DNA of 64,000 nt from Eledone cirrhosa (taxonomy: Eukaryota), in NCBI GenBank assembly GCA_964016885.1, contig OZ024740.1:246636001-246700000 (forward strand), read 5' to 3'. Numbering within the stretch: the first letter of the stretch is position 1; every line of letters starts with the position of its first letter. Positions 52,510-64,000 of this stretch are shown in pieces. Both the position numbers and the translations under genes were made by a program. The notes under the pieces are model-generated. The model was not told where the DNA came from. It saw only the letters and a program-made list of their open reading frames with translations, and did not search any database.

Positions 52510-52680
52510 AATATGGTTTTATATATATAGTTTCCATTTATTAATATCGTATATCTACTCCAAAAATTTGTCGAGTGCTTTATATCAGTTATAAAAATAT
52601 TTACTTGTTGTATCCCAACAACTTTAAATAGAACTTTTGCATATATATATAAAATCAAGGTTTAGCAAATAGAGAAAAAG

Positions 52681-52717
<37 letters not shown>

Positions 52718-52894
52718 CGTTTCTGAATTTGTTTAGCAAGATTCTTTATCTGAAAACGTGTGTTGAAACCGATATTGTTATACTTTGGGAGGGTCATGTT
52801 GCCAATAAGAAACACACGCACCAGTTGCTTTCACTTCAATTTATTATAAATTTCCGGTTGGTTGGTTCCACAACCGGATGGTTGTTCATATATT

Positions 52895-52937
52895 ATCAAA
52901 GTTCTTTCGTCACACATTCTGTGACCTCATCAGTGAC
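52895..52937 (-). ncRNA. Type I hammerhead ribozyme (family E)
   Basis: Minus: gtca-CTGATGA-ggtcacagaatgtgtgac-GAAA-gaac-TT-tgat. Confidence 0.78.
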
Positions 52938-53247
52938 TGGGGATTCTTTGCTTTGTTTTATGCCTGTCCTTTGTTCTGTCCTACGCCATCTTGTTTTTGT
53001 GTGAGTTGTGTGCTTAGTTTGCGCATGTGTTACATCCGGGTGCCTGTGTGTGTTTTTATTTGTTTATTTATTTGTTTATTTATTTGTGACTAGTTAGTTG
53101 TTTGTTCTATGTGTGTGTGTTTTCATTTTGTCCTTAATTGTAAGTTGTGATGTTGCTATTCCATTCATGTTTTCTATTTATAATAAATTGAAGTGAAAGC
53201 AACTGGTACGTGTGTTTCTTATTGGCAACATGACCCTCCCAAAGTAT

Positions 53248-53299
<52 letters not shown>

Positions 53300-53300
53300 T

Positions 53301-53331
<31 letters not shown>

Positions 53332-54170
53332 GTATGTGTTTGTGTGTGTGAGTGTGTGTGTGTGTATTTGTGTGTTTGTACGTGGGAGTATGTGATGTGT
53401 ATTGGAAGGGTGTCATGGACAGGGCAACAACGAAACACGCAACGTATAAGAAATAGAAAAAAAAAACAAAAAAAAAACGACTGAACAATTTGTGAAAGAA
53501 ATAAATATTCGTAAACTATTTTCCAGAAGTTCACTCTTTTATTTTAGACAGCCAGTCCTTTTTCTCCTCTATTCCAGTATTTCACCACTACAACTCTTTC
53601 TTCACACAGACACCATCCTACCAACGCCAGCAAATATGTTTGATGAATGAACTAACTGTTGTCGTTATTCTATTTACTAATCATTTATTGCAATGTTTTT
53701 GAGTTTTATTCACTAATCCGTGTGTTTTTTTCCTCACACAGCGGCCTTCCTCTATTTTAGAGGTCACGTGTCATGACAGCATTGACCTGCTAGATTCGGG
53801 AAGCTGGCAGCCTATGCAGTTGTGTTCACTTTAATGACCAAAATGTTGAGTTTGGGCCATCTGCTGCCGAAATGCAATAGCCCAGATTGCTTAATACCTG
53901 CTAATATTACACAAATCTCTGCATATCAGACTTTTAATAAGTGTTATAGACAACATATTGCATAGAAACGGCATCCGACCAGGAGATATATACGGAGGTG
54001 TATTTACCAAAACACCGCCATAGTACACACTGATTAACTATAACGTGTGCATTCTGTATTTTAAAATGCAGTTTCACAACTTAAAACTTATTATCTCATT
54101 GAGTGAGTGGGTCATAGCCGGAAATCGCTGAAATACTTTCGGTAACTTTGGTATACTGTGTATATATATA

Positions 54171-54355
54171 CGAGGATCGGCCGAAAAGTTCATAGGCTGA
54201 CTATGAAGGAGCTGTGAAATCTTGCACACATTAATTTCAACTCGTCTTATTAATAACTACATTGTTACTTTCCAGGAACTATGTTGAAAAATAAACCTCA
54301 TTTGGTCATTCAATGAGTATCTTGATCATTCTATAAATATTTCAGCCGGCCCTCT
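54171..54355. mobile_element. Mariner-like MITE
   Basis: Imperfect TIRs cgaggatcggccgaaaag / tatttcagccggccctct with TA on both sides. Confidence 0.6.
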
Positions 54356-54431
54356 TATACACACACTCATACACACACACACACACACTCATATGTATGT
54401 ATGTCAGTATGTATGTCAGTATGAAATCACA

Positions 54432-54835
<404 letters not shown>

Positions 54836-54989
54836 GTGTGTATATGTGTGTGTGTGTGTCTCTCTCTCTCTGTGAGTGAGTGTGTGTGTGTGTATTTGTG
54901 TGTGCATGTGTGTATGCTTAATGATCCGTAGCTCTCGTGGTAATAAAACGAATGATTATAATAATTATTATTATTATTAGTAGTAGTAG

Positions 54990-55176
54990 TTCATCTGTAG
55001 AGCACATGGATCACCCGCGTCACATTCTGGAGCCCGTGAGGTCATAAACGTAACCAGGGTCGCCAGAAACCCATGTGGTGTGACGACCTTGAGAAAATTG
55101 AAAATGTTTGACCATGAATGACTCAGGATCGGCAAAGATGATGCAGCTCGGTGAAGGCCTATGTCCAACAACGGCT
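54990..55176 (+). mobile_element. Old RTE-type LINE 3'-terminal fragment
   Basis: KRNQGRQKPMWCDDLEK...QDRQR...GEGYVQQ-like C-terminal signature across frames. Confidence 0.55.
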
Positions 55177-55664
55177 TTTCCAGGGCTGTAGGTGAAATGA
55201 GATTGGTTCATAATTTCGTTATTTGCTATCACTACATTACTGTTCACAGCCATATTTGTATCGGGGATGTGAAGTGTTGGCTTTGGTATTGTTGGTTTGA
55301 TTGTGGTAAAAGTACTCTTTGTAATATGTATGCAGTGCTTAGCAGTGCTATTTTCTGTATGGTGTATACATCTGTAAGTCCTGGTGCTTTGTTATGCATC
55401 TGTTTGTGTGTTTTCTTTTATCATTCTCAGAGCAAGTATTATTATTATTATTCTGCTTTCATCCTCGATATTTGAGTTATTTCTTTCTCCAGATATTTAT
55501 ATTTGGATAATTTCTCTGTTTCCTTGATAAATATATTGTCATCAATTAGAAAGCATTTCTTTTCTTGGTGAACTTTGCCTACATATCTGGCTTTGATACT
55601 AACATCGTTAGGTCTGTGAATATATTCTTGGCTAAGACTGGGATGCCAGCGACAATGTAGGGCA

Positions 55665-55977
55665 GTGGATTGGCATTATCGGTAGAGCGTCAGACGCAAT
55701 GCTTTGCAATATAGAATTATGGACATTTACGGTCTGAGTTCAAATCCCACCGAGGTTTGCTTTGCCTTCCATCCTTACGGCATCGATAAAATAAAGTACC
55801 AGTAATGCACTGAGTAATTGCTGGCCTTGCGCCAAAAGTAGAAACAATTATTGTTATTAACTGAGTTCAAATCCCGCCGAGGTTAACTTTGCCTTTCATC
55901 CTTACGGGGTCGATAAAATAAAGTACCAGTAATGTACTGGTAATTGCTGGCCTTGTGCCAAAAGTAGAAACAATTAT
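55665..55977 (+). mobile_element. OK-like SINE followed by a tandem 5'-truncated second copy
   Basis: 55665-55849 full copy; 55861-55977 starts at the B box; both followed by attgttattaa. Confidence 0.87.
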
Positions 55978-56646
55978 TGTTATTAAATAAAGAAATCATT
56001 ATTGTTAATATTTCTTTTTTTTTTAGTATCGCTTTCTTGGCTACAATTTCAAAAGTGTTTATTGCTCCGTTTTTGTGAAGTGTCTACTAAAGTATATACA
56101 TCCGTTTTAATATATACATATATATACATATATATACATATAAATAATATACTTATTTATTTCTATTACTTCTGTATTGTATTTATTTACTTTGTTCTTA
56201 ACTCTGTAGCGGAGATTCATTTGGTCTCCTTGTTAGAATTTTAGTCTACGACTTCTGCTATACCATTTACGTGGTTTTGTCTTTGCGTACTATTGTTCTC
56301 CACGCACCATATATGACGTATTATCTTCGTTTTTTCGTTCATCGCCAGACAACGTCTCTATGCACCACCATTAGTCTACGACCTCTTTTATACCATAAAC
56401 GTGGTTCTGTCTTTGCGCGTAAATGTTTTTCACCGCTCCTATTAATGACGTATTATATTCGTTTTTTCCCGTTCTTTGCCAGGGAACGTTACCACGAACC
56501 AAATTATCGTCTTCCTGTCTTCCTCCGGTTGCAACGTTTTTTGAAATATCCAGTTCTGCGTTGACAGATTGACTTTGTTAGTTTCAGAAGATCCCGTTAA
56601 GGGTGAAAGCAGCGGTTCTTTGCTTAAACTTTAATCTGTTATTTTA

Positions 56647-56771
<125 letters not shown>

Positions 56772-56808
56772 ATTAAATAAATGGAAACTATATTTATAAA
56801 ACCATATT

Positions 56809-56874
56809 TATTTCATTATATATATTTCAGGGATATCATATTAACAATATGTTATGCCTTCTTCAGACAAAATA
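56809..56874 (-). ncRNA. Type I hammerhead ribozyme (homolog of 52237-52301)
   Basis: Minus: tattttgt-CTGAAGA-aggcataacatattgttaatatgatatccct-GAAA-tatata-TA-atgaaata. Confidence 0.83.
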
Positions 56875-57000
56875 CAATATAAACAGTCTTATAAATAAAT
56901 AGATACGACATACCTTTCAATCGACTTGCATTTGGGAAGTTGATTTGGCAGTAAAAATATTATGGACAGTTGTAAAAAGAAACAATTTAAATATAACTTT

Positions 57001-57044
<44 letters not shown>

Positions 57045-57531
57045 GAAGAAGTATATAAAGGAGAACAAACCGTTAAAACATGTTTATTTAAAACAGCACC
57101 TACGTATGTTTCGCCGAAAGGGCTTCTCAAGGGCATAAAAAACTACGTGACCCAGAAGGGGTTTTAAAGATAAGTTCACATCACAGTTCATTCTTCGTAA
57201 ACCACATGTATTGATTTTGCAGTAGATCAAGGGATATAATTCTAGCCGGTGTTAGAGCAGTGTTCCCCAAGCTCTTTGTTACCCGTTACTACTTTGTGGG
57301 TACTGCTTCACCATTGTCGATTCACGCCGGGTAAGGGATGCATGGTTAGTTTCAAGATGTTTGTTTAATTAAATATTTCTTCTGATGTGTGAAGACAAAC
57401 ATGGGTATCTGTCTTCAGGAAACCAGTGGTAAATGAAATTATTATCTTATGTTGTTTATTACATAACTATATATATATATATATAATCAATGATATTAAA
57501 TAAATGGAAACTATATTTATAAAACCATATT

Positions 57532-57593
57532 TATTCTATTATATATATTTCAATGGTACCAAAAACTTTGGTACGCTTTCATCAGATAAGATA
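57532..57593 (-). ncRNA. Type I hammerhead ribozyme (family C)
   Basis: Minus: tatcttat-CTGATGA-aagcgtaccaaag tttttggtaccatt-GAAA-tatata-TA-atagaata. Confidence 0.82.
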
Positions 57594-57680
57594 CAAAGTG
57601 TATTTTATAAATTTCCAAGGAAAATTCAACTGATAAGGTATGTTTCCTTGGCTATGTCAACATTTATGAAATACACTTTG

Positions 57681-57742
57681 TATTTTATCTGATGAAAGCG
57701 TACCAAAGTTTTTGGTACCCTTGAAATATATATAATAGAATA
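57681..57742 (+). ncRNA. Type I hammerhead ribozyme (family C)
   Basis: tattttat-CTGATGA-aagcgtaccaaag tttttggtaccctt-GAAA-tatata-TA-atagaata. Confidence 0.87.
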
Positions 57743-57894
57743 AATATGGTTTTATAAATATAGTTTCCATTTATTTAATATCATTGAATATTTACTCCAG
57801 AAATATGTCGAGTGCTCTTAATCGTTATAAACATTTATATTTGTTGAATTTCCAACAAATTAAATATCCCTTCTACTTATATATATATATATAT

Positions 57895-58084
57895 ATAACG
57901 AAGGAAATGTTTTAAGGAACCAGGTGGACCATAACGCACCAAAGTACTCAATACTTGAGGTAGTAGAGTGGGTAATAGGAACCAGTAAGACCCCGACAGC
58001 TGAGCTCAAGCCGATTCGACGGCTAATTCTAGTCCAGAATTAGCCGTCGAATCGGCTTGAGCTCAGCTGTCGGGGTCTTACTGG

Positions 58085-58144
<60 letters not shown>

Positions 58145-59117
58145 AACAAGTAAGACCCCGACGGCTGAGCTCAAGCCGTTTCGACGAGGTCTTACTTGTT
58201 CCTATTACCCACTCTACTACCCTAAGTATTGAGTACTTTGTTGCGTTATGGTCCACCTGGTTCCTTACCACATTTCCTTCGTTATATATATATATATATA
58301 ACGAAGGAAATGTGGTAAGGAACCAGATGGACCATAACGCATCAGAGTATTCAATACTTAGGGTAGTAGAGTGGGGGATTTGAGAAAAACCACAGACCCT
58401 CCACCTCAACTCTACTTTTGAAAAGCAGAAGAACAGCGAAACCGGTAAAGGAACCAAATAAATATATATATTTTTAAAAAAATAAGACTCCAGTTGCATT
58501 TTCGATTTCATCTTTTTTTCTTTATATATATATATACAGGGGCCGTCCGTCGAAGAAAAAACACTACGCATTCGGCCAGCCTTCTGTATGATGAAAAGAA
58601 CATTTTTTTCGAGGAAGTTATTGGATTGTTTTGTTTAGGAACTTTCAATGTTTTCAAGTTTATATATATATATAACGGAGGAGTTGTGGTAATGAACCAA
58701 ATGGACCATAACGCACCAGAGTACTCAATACTTAGGGTAGTAGAGTGGGTAATAGGAGGAAGTATGACCCCGACGGCAGAGCTCAAGCCGTTTCGCCATT
58801 TCCTATGGCCTACTTTCATACCATTCCTTAGAATTTGCCGTATAGATTTCACCTTCTACGCTTGACCAGCTCTACCCACTCCCCTGTCGTTCTACAGACA
58901 AGTTCAGCCATCCCCACCCCGCACCCACTGCCGTGATAAACTTTTCTGTGTCCGCTACACATTTTGACCAATCCCCTTGACAACTACAATCTTTCCATAT
59001 AAAGAAGTAGCCTTGAAAAGTTCGGCTATTTATTTACCAGACTAAAAAAAACCTCTTACTTTAGTCCAGAAATAGCCGTCGAAACCGCTTGAGCTCTGCC
59101 ATCGGGGTCATACTTTC

Positions 59118-59120
<3 letters not shown>
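57895..59120. repeat. Cluster of family D short elements (gagctcaagccgtttcgacggc) in alternating orientation, separated by (TA)n; other copies at 31820-31875 and 39340-39430
   Basis: Near-perfect palindrome 57980-58087; inverted copies 58140-58285 and 58299-58375; copy 58672-58795; degenerate HHR-like 59008-59096. Confidence 0.8.
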
Positions 59121-59152
<32 letters not shown>

Positions 59153-59299
59153 TTTTGAGTGTATGTTGGTTGTATACCAACACCTCCGTATGCAGGCTGG
59201 AGCACTCGACGAAGTGCGCAGGTTGGTTTGGTTACTCCGGAGTAATGTAAAATAAAGTAAAATAAAAAGTCAAATGTTTAAAATTTAGCTTCGTTTATT

Positions 59300-59354
59300 A
59301 CTGCTATATATATTTCGGTGACAGCCATCTTTGGCTGTGACCTCTTCAGGCAGT
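59300..59354 (-). ncRNA. Type I hammerhead ribozyme (homolog of 11671-11726)
   Basis: Minus: actgc-CTGAAGA-ggtcacagcca aaga tggctgtcacc-GAAA-tatata-TA-gcagt, followed by aataaa. Confidence 0.92.
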
Positions 59355-59837
59355 CCGAATTAGTGTGGTATAGACAAGTACATATGTTGTTGAGGTGTAT
59401 AATTTTGTCAATACTCTGATATGCCCAGTTCCTGGTTGGGTTGTTATTTCACTGAGGAACTGGAATCATATGAATTCAAACAAACGAATTTCAGTGTCAA
59501 AGGGCCTCTTCTCCTCTCATTGGTCAGTTGTTAGAACATTCCTCATTCAAAAGTCTATCGAAGTTCGTTCTGAGGCAAGCCAATCTGTAGTTGTTGTTCT
59601 TGTTATTGTTAGGTACATCTGACCTCAATTCTTGTGTTAGTAGTGTTGTTATTGTTGGAGTTAGCTTAAAAAATTGATAAAGTGGTAGAAGGAACAAGGT
59701 GGTAAAGGAACAAAATAACAAAAAAATGTCAAACTTCCCATTGGTCAGTTTTGAGAGTATTCCTCAGTCAGAAGTCTATAGAAATTCTTTCTGGGGTGAG
59801 GCTCCCTGTAGTTTTTGTGTTTGTTATTGTTAAGTAC

Positions 59838-60115
59838 TTAACAATAGGAAGTTAGCTAGTTTGACGTTGTTTTCAAATTCAATTTTTAGGTTATGGTGCT
59901 TAAATAGATCAAGTATATTATTCTTAATAATATTAAGGTTAATTAAGTTACAGTTTAAGACAGTAAAAAGGGCATCGTCACGATAAATTCCACCGCGAAG
60001 TTGAGGAGTTATCCGATTTAAAGAATTAAAAATGAAGATTCTAATCAAGTCCGCCAATTACGCTGAATCCAACGAACCCATTGTGATATCAAAATTGATG
60101 GAAGTATCAGCTCTT
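59838..60115 (-). mobile_element. Penelope-like RT core fragment
   Basis: FDITMGSLDSA*LADLI...GIYRDDAL...LFKHHNLKI...ANFL. Confidence 0.75.
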
Positions 60116-60445
60116 AATTAAATATTTCTTAATTTTTAAAATTTTACAACGGTTTTTTAAATTTTTCTCTGTGAGACAGTGTTTCTCAGTATTAAAGGTT
60201 ATCTCTCTCTCACTCATTTTCTCCTCCTCTCTCATCCTTCCTTCTTATACACCTCCTCCGTCATCCTTTCCTTATTATTATATTTTTTCTTCTATCTATA
60301 TTCGTTCTTCCTCTTCCTTATCTTTTCCTTCCCCCCTTCCTTTCCTTTTTTCCAGTCTTATATATCCATCTTATTTTATTTTTCATATGTTGATTTAACA
60401 CTTCACTGCTCACAAGTGTTTTTTAAGCTTCATATAATGTCTCCC

Positions 60446-60516
60446 TATTTTATCTGATGAGAACGCAAATATCATCCCATGATGATATTTGTCTTTGAAA
60501 TGCGCATAATAAAATA
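60446..60516 (+). ncRNA. Type I hammerhead ribozyme (family B; element 60383-60640)
   Basis: Same sequence as 8668-8738. Confidence 0.88.
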
Positions 60517-60640
60517 CATGGAACTCTTTTAACCATCTTTTGATTTTATATTATTTATACTCCAGTCCTATAAACAGTTGAGTGCTACTTATCCGATATT
60601 TGCATTGCTTTATTGTGCTACAATAAAACTCACCTTCTAC

Positions 60641-60698
<58 letters not shown>

Positions 60699-61073
60699 AA
60701 AACAACGGTTTTTCTACTTATTTCTACTTATTTTCTACTTATTTCCCCCCCCCCCCATAATTTATTTTGTCGTTATTTCTTCTTTCTTCCTTTTCTTCTT
60801 TCTTCCTCTATTTCACCCATCTGTATATTCATTTAAATATTTATATATGTATTTTTTTATTTTTTTATTTTATTTTTCTTATTTTTTCTTGCATCTCCTC
60901 TTCTTTACACCCTCTCTTATATCTTTAATTCGCTCCCCGTCCTTTTCTTCTTTAAGTTTATCATATTATTATTTGTGGTATATAAATGTTGAGATTTGAT
61001 GAAATAAATGACTGCCAATACTGGAATTGAAATATCAAGACCGTAGAAGTATGTCATATATCAAATCATATAT

Positions 61074-61137
61074 TTTATCTGACGAGGATACACTGGAAAA
61101 AAAAACAACACAGTACCTTCGAAATATATATAATAAA
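61074..61137 (+). ncRNA. Type I hammerhead ribozyme (homolog of 15735-15796)
   Basis: tttat-CTGACGA-ggatacactg...cagtaccttc-GAAA-tatata-TA-ataaa. Confidence 0.72.
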
Positions 61138-61199
61138 GCATATATTTTGATTATGTGAATATTTTCATTTGTTAATATTTTGAATAATATATATATATA

Positions 61200-63611
61200 C
61201 AGTGAGTCCTCGATATAGGGTATATATGCGTTCCTGAAACCCTTACCGTATATCGAATTACCGTATAAAGAACCCATTATAACATGAAATAGATAGGGAT
61301 GCGTTCCAGCACATCGAAAAAGTCATCCCTACAGAAAATAAATAATGTTTTTTTATTTTATTTACTGTACCTTACACATGCCGCGTAGTCCATCAGATGA
61401 TGTGCCTCTTCATTTGTCCCTCCCGAGGCTAAGGGACAGTATGGGTTTCAGCCCTTACTCATCTTGGGCTGAGTTGGCAGGGGAGGATGAGGGTGATGTG
61501 GGAGGCTCAAAACCAACAAACTCTTTGACTGCAGTGGATGTTGAAGGGCCAGCTGTAGCACGGTTGGCAGGTGTGACTGGCTTGAAAGAGTAGATGGAGG
61601 ACTGTTTGGCGGTGTTTCTTTTAGCTTCATATATTTCTTGGTAAATCTTGATGCTTTTCTCGACGTCTTGAGCCACTTTGCTGCTCCTAGCAGGGTTGGG
61701 GTCACGCTCCTTCAGGGTTTCTGAGATTGTTTCGATACTCCCGAGACATTCTCTTAGAGTTTTTATGTCCAAGCCACGCACAGGTATTTCTTCCTCCTCT
61801 TCTTCTTTTTCTGTCTCCTGTATCGCCTTGTCTAGTTCTATGAGTTCATCATTGGAGAGTGGTTCAGCGTGGCTTTCCAAAAGGTCTTGCACATCATCAT
61901 CATTAACACCATTGAAGCCAGCTCTATGGCAGAGATTTACAATATTTTTTTTTATCGCACCAATGTCCTCAGCAAAGCCTTGGAAGTTATTCACACATGC
62001 TGGCCATAATATCTTCCAGGCTAAGTTCATGGTAGACTGCTTCACTTCTTCCCAAGATGCCTTGATGTTGTCTAAGCCGTGCTTGATGTTGCACAATTTC
62101 CACCTTTCCCTGATCATGAGCTTATCAGGCCCATCTGTGCCCTTTATCAGCTGCTGCATGGTTCTCCGCTGGTAGTATGCCTTAAATGTTTGGATGACTG
62201 TTTGATCCATTGGCTGAATGAGAGCTGTCGTGTTTGGGGGGAGAAACAAAACCTCAATATTTTCTGACCAGTCTTCCATTGCCCGTGGGTGGCTGGGGGC
62301 GTTGTCCACTACTAGCAGAAAACGGTTGGCAATGTTGTTAGCTAATGCATATTCCTTAAGGGTTGGTGACAGATATGAGGTGAAAAAATCATCCTGGTGA
62401 ATTGAAGTGATCAGCCATGCCTTCTTATTAGACTTCCATATCACTGGTAGGTATTGCTTAAGTAACCCCTTGAGTGCTCTTGGGGTTTCAGAATGGTAGA
62501 TAATGAGTGGCTTTAGCTTTAAATCTCCTTCTGCATTCTCTCCAAGTAACAGAATAACGCGGTCCTTTGAAGCTTTGAACCCTTCGCACTTTTCTCCGCC
62601 TTGTCAATATAAGTATTACTGGTCATCTTTTTCCAATAAAGTCCTGTTTCATCATAATTATTAACCTGTTTTTTGCTGTACCCCTTCTCTGCAATGCATT
62701 TCTCTAACTCTGCCTTGAATTTTTCAGCACTCTCTTTGTCAGAACTGGCAGCCTCACCTGTAACTTTATGTTGTGAAGACTCGAACGTCGTTTGAACTTA
62801 TCAAACCAGCCTTTGCTTGCCTTTAATACAAAGTCCTCCACCCCATTTCAGTCTTGAGCCTGTCAATAATGGACAACGCTTTCTCACTGATTACATTTAA
62901 AGACAGAAGCATATTTTGACGATTTTGGTCGTCTATCCAAATTTTGAGCAACCTTTCCATCCTATCCATAATCGGCTCACGATGTTTGGTCAACAATTTA
63001 CTCTGTAGATTCGTAGCATTCTCCCCAGCTTTTTTGACGGCCTCACTATTTTTAAAACAGTCCTGACTGTAGACTGGGCTACGCTCTTCCTCATGCGTTT
63101 GGCCTTTCCATCTGCATCAACAATATTCGTATCACGGCATATCTTATAACCCCATGAGATATGGGGTTATAAGATATGACGTGATAATTATGCTCCAAAA
63201 ACACGCCGTCGGGAGTTCTCTTACTTTGAATAACGTCATAACTCTTAACTGATCACTTCAGTTCGGCAAAAATTCTCTCACTGAGAGAACACGCAAGTTT
63301 GCCGAACTGAAGTGATCAGTTAAAAGTTATGACGTCATCGACCGATATCTGAACTCGCTCGTGATTGACCAGTTTCTCTGTAAGGTCAGTTAGTACGATA
63401 GCTGTAGTAACACAATTTTCCTAGAATTGCAGTCAGTTTCCACAAATTCAAGGGGGAATTTATTGCTTACTAGAGGTGGCGCTACGGTACAATATAAACA
63501 AAACACCACCAAAAACCGTATCTGTGAATTTTTTTTACCGTAAATAGAATTGATGGTAGTAATCACCCAAAACCGTATCTGTGAATTTACCGGATAAAGA
63601 ACTACCCACTG
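61200..63611 (-). mobile_element. Tigger/pogo DNA transposon, decayed
   Basis: TA|cagtgagt... and ...acccactg|TA termini (TIR match weak beyond 8 bp); encloses transposase remnants. Confidence 0.7.
61455..63125 (-). pseudogene. Frameshifted pogo/Tigger transposase (CENP-B HTH + DDE_1)
   Basis: KASKGWFDKFKRR, NYDETGLYWKKM, GFKASKDRVILL, WKSNKKAW, LLVVDNAPSHP, FLPPNTTALIQPMDQTVIQTFKAYY. Confidence 0.9.
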
Positions 63612-64000
63612 TATATATAAGTATATATATTTAGTCTGATTTTCCGCCTTAGGTCCAGTTTCCCCAATGAACCTAACTCCCCTCCCCAATTTCTGTAATA
63701 TTACACACATATGTTCGTGCTTACTTCTCTACCCCTTACCACCGTTACCTTTACCCCGTCCGTTGTCAGACACACGTGCGTACTTTCACCCCTAGGTGCA
63801 CACACACACACACCTCTACATTTACCGCCACAGCTCCGTACACACACACCCTTATATACATATACTTTTGCTCACAGCTTCGTACTTACAGGCACACACA
63901 CACACACACGCCCCCCACACACAAACACACACATACATACACTCTTTTACTTACATATACCACACATATCCGCTTAGCTTCGTACGAACGTATAACGCAC

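Larger units (their letters stand above)
52193..52625. mobile_element. Family C-related fold-back element (~165-bp arms) between (TA)n tracts
   Basis: 52193-52362 is the near-perfect reverse complement of 52385-52553. Confidence 0.88.
57487..57880. mobile_element. Family C fold-back element between (TA)n tracts
   Basis: 57487-57612 is the reverse complement of about 57663-57788. Confidence 0.87.

Overview
Eukaryotic, AT-rich, microsatellite-dense intronic or intergenic DNA. The tRNA-derived SINE family resembles those I recall from octopus genomes, so a cephalopod origin is an inference. There is no intact protein-coding gene, and most ORFs in the track are translations of microsatellites. 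The window is a mosaic of decayed transposons: RTE-clade LINEs (one near full length, one with a twin-priming-type inversion), at least seven Penelope-like element (PLE; RT + GIY-YIG) pieces, an R4/Dong-like and an L1/Tx1-like fragment, a Tigger/pogo transposon, a mariner-like MITE, a non-autonomous Helitron and about a dozen SINEs. The main signal is about 29 type I hammerhead ribozyme (HHR) motifs with intact catalytic cores (CUGANGA...GAAA...UH), found by eye on both strands, plus several degenerate ones. Most have the short or palindromic stem III typical of PLE minimal hammerheads. They fall into more than 10 sequence families of short non-coding elements that sit in (TA)n tracts and often form fold-back pairs with two oppositely oriented ribozymes. 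One forms a retrozyme-like tandem unit of about 489 nt. Two weak minus-strand exon candidates suggest the window may lie inside a host gene. All coordinates were read manually and may be off by a few bases.
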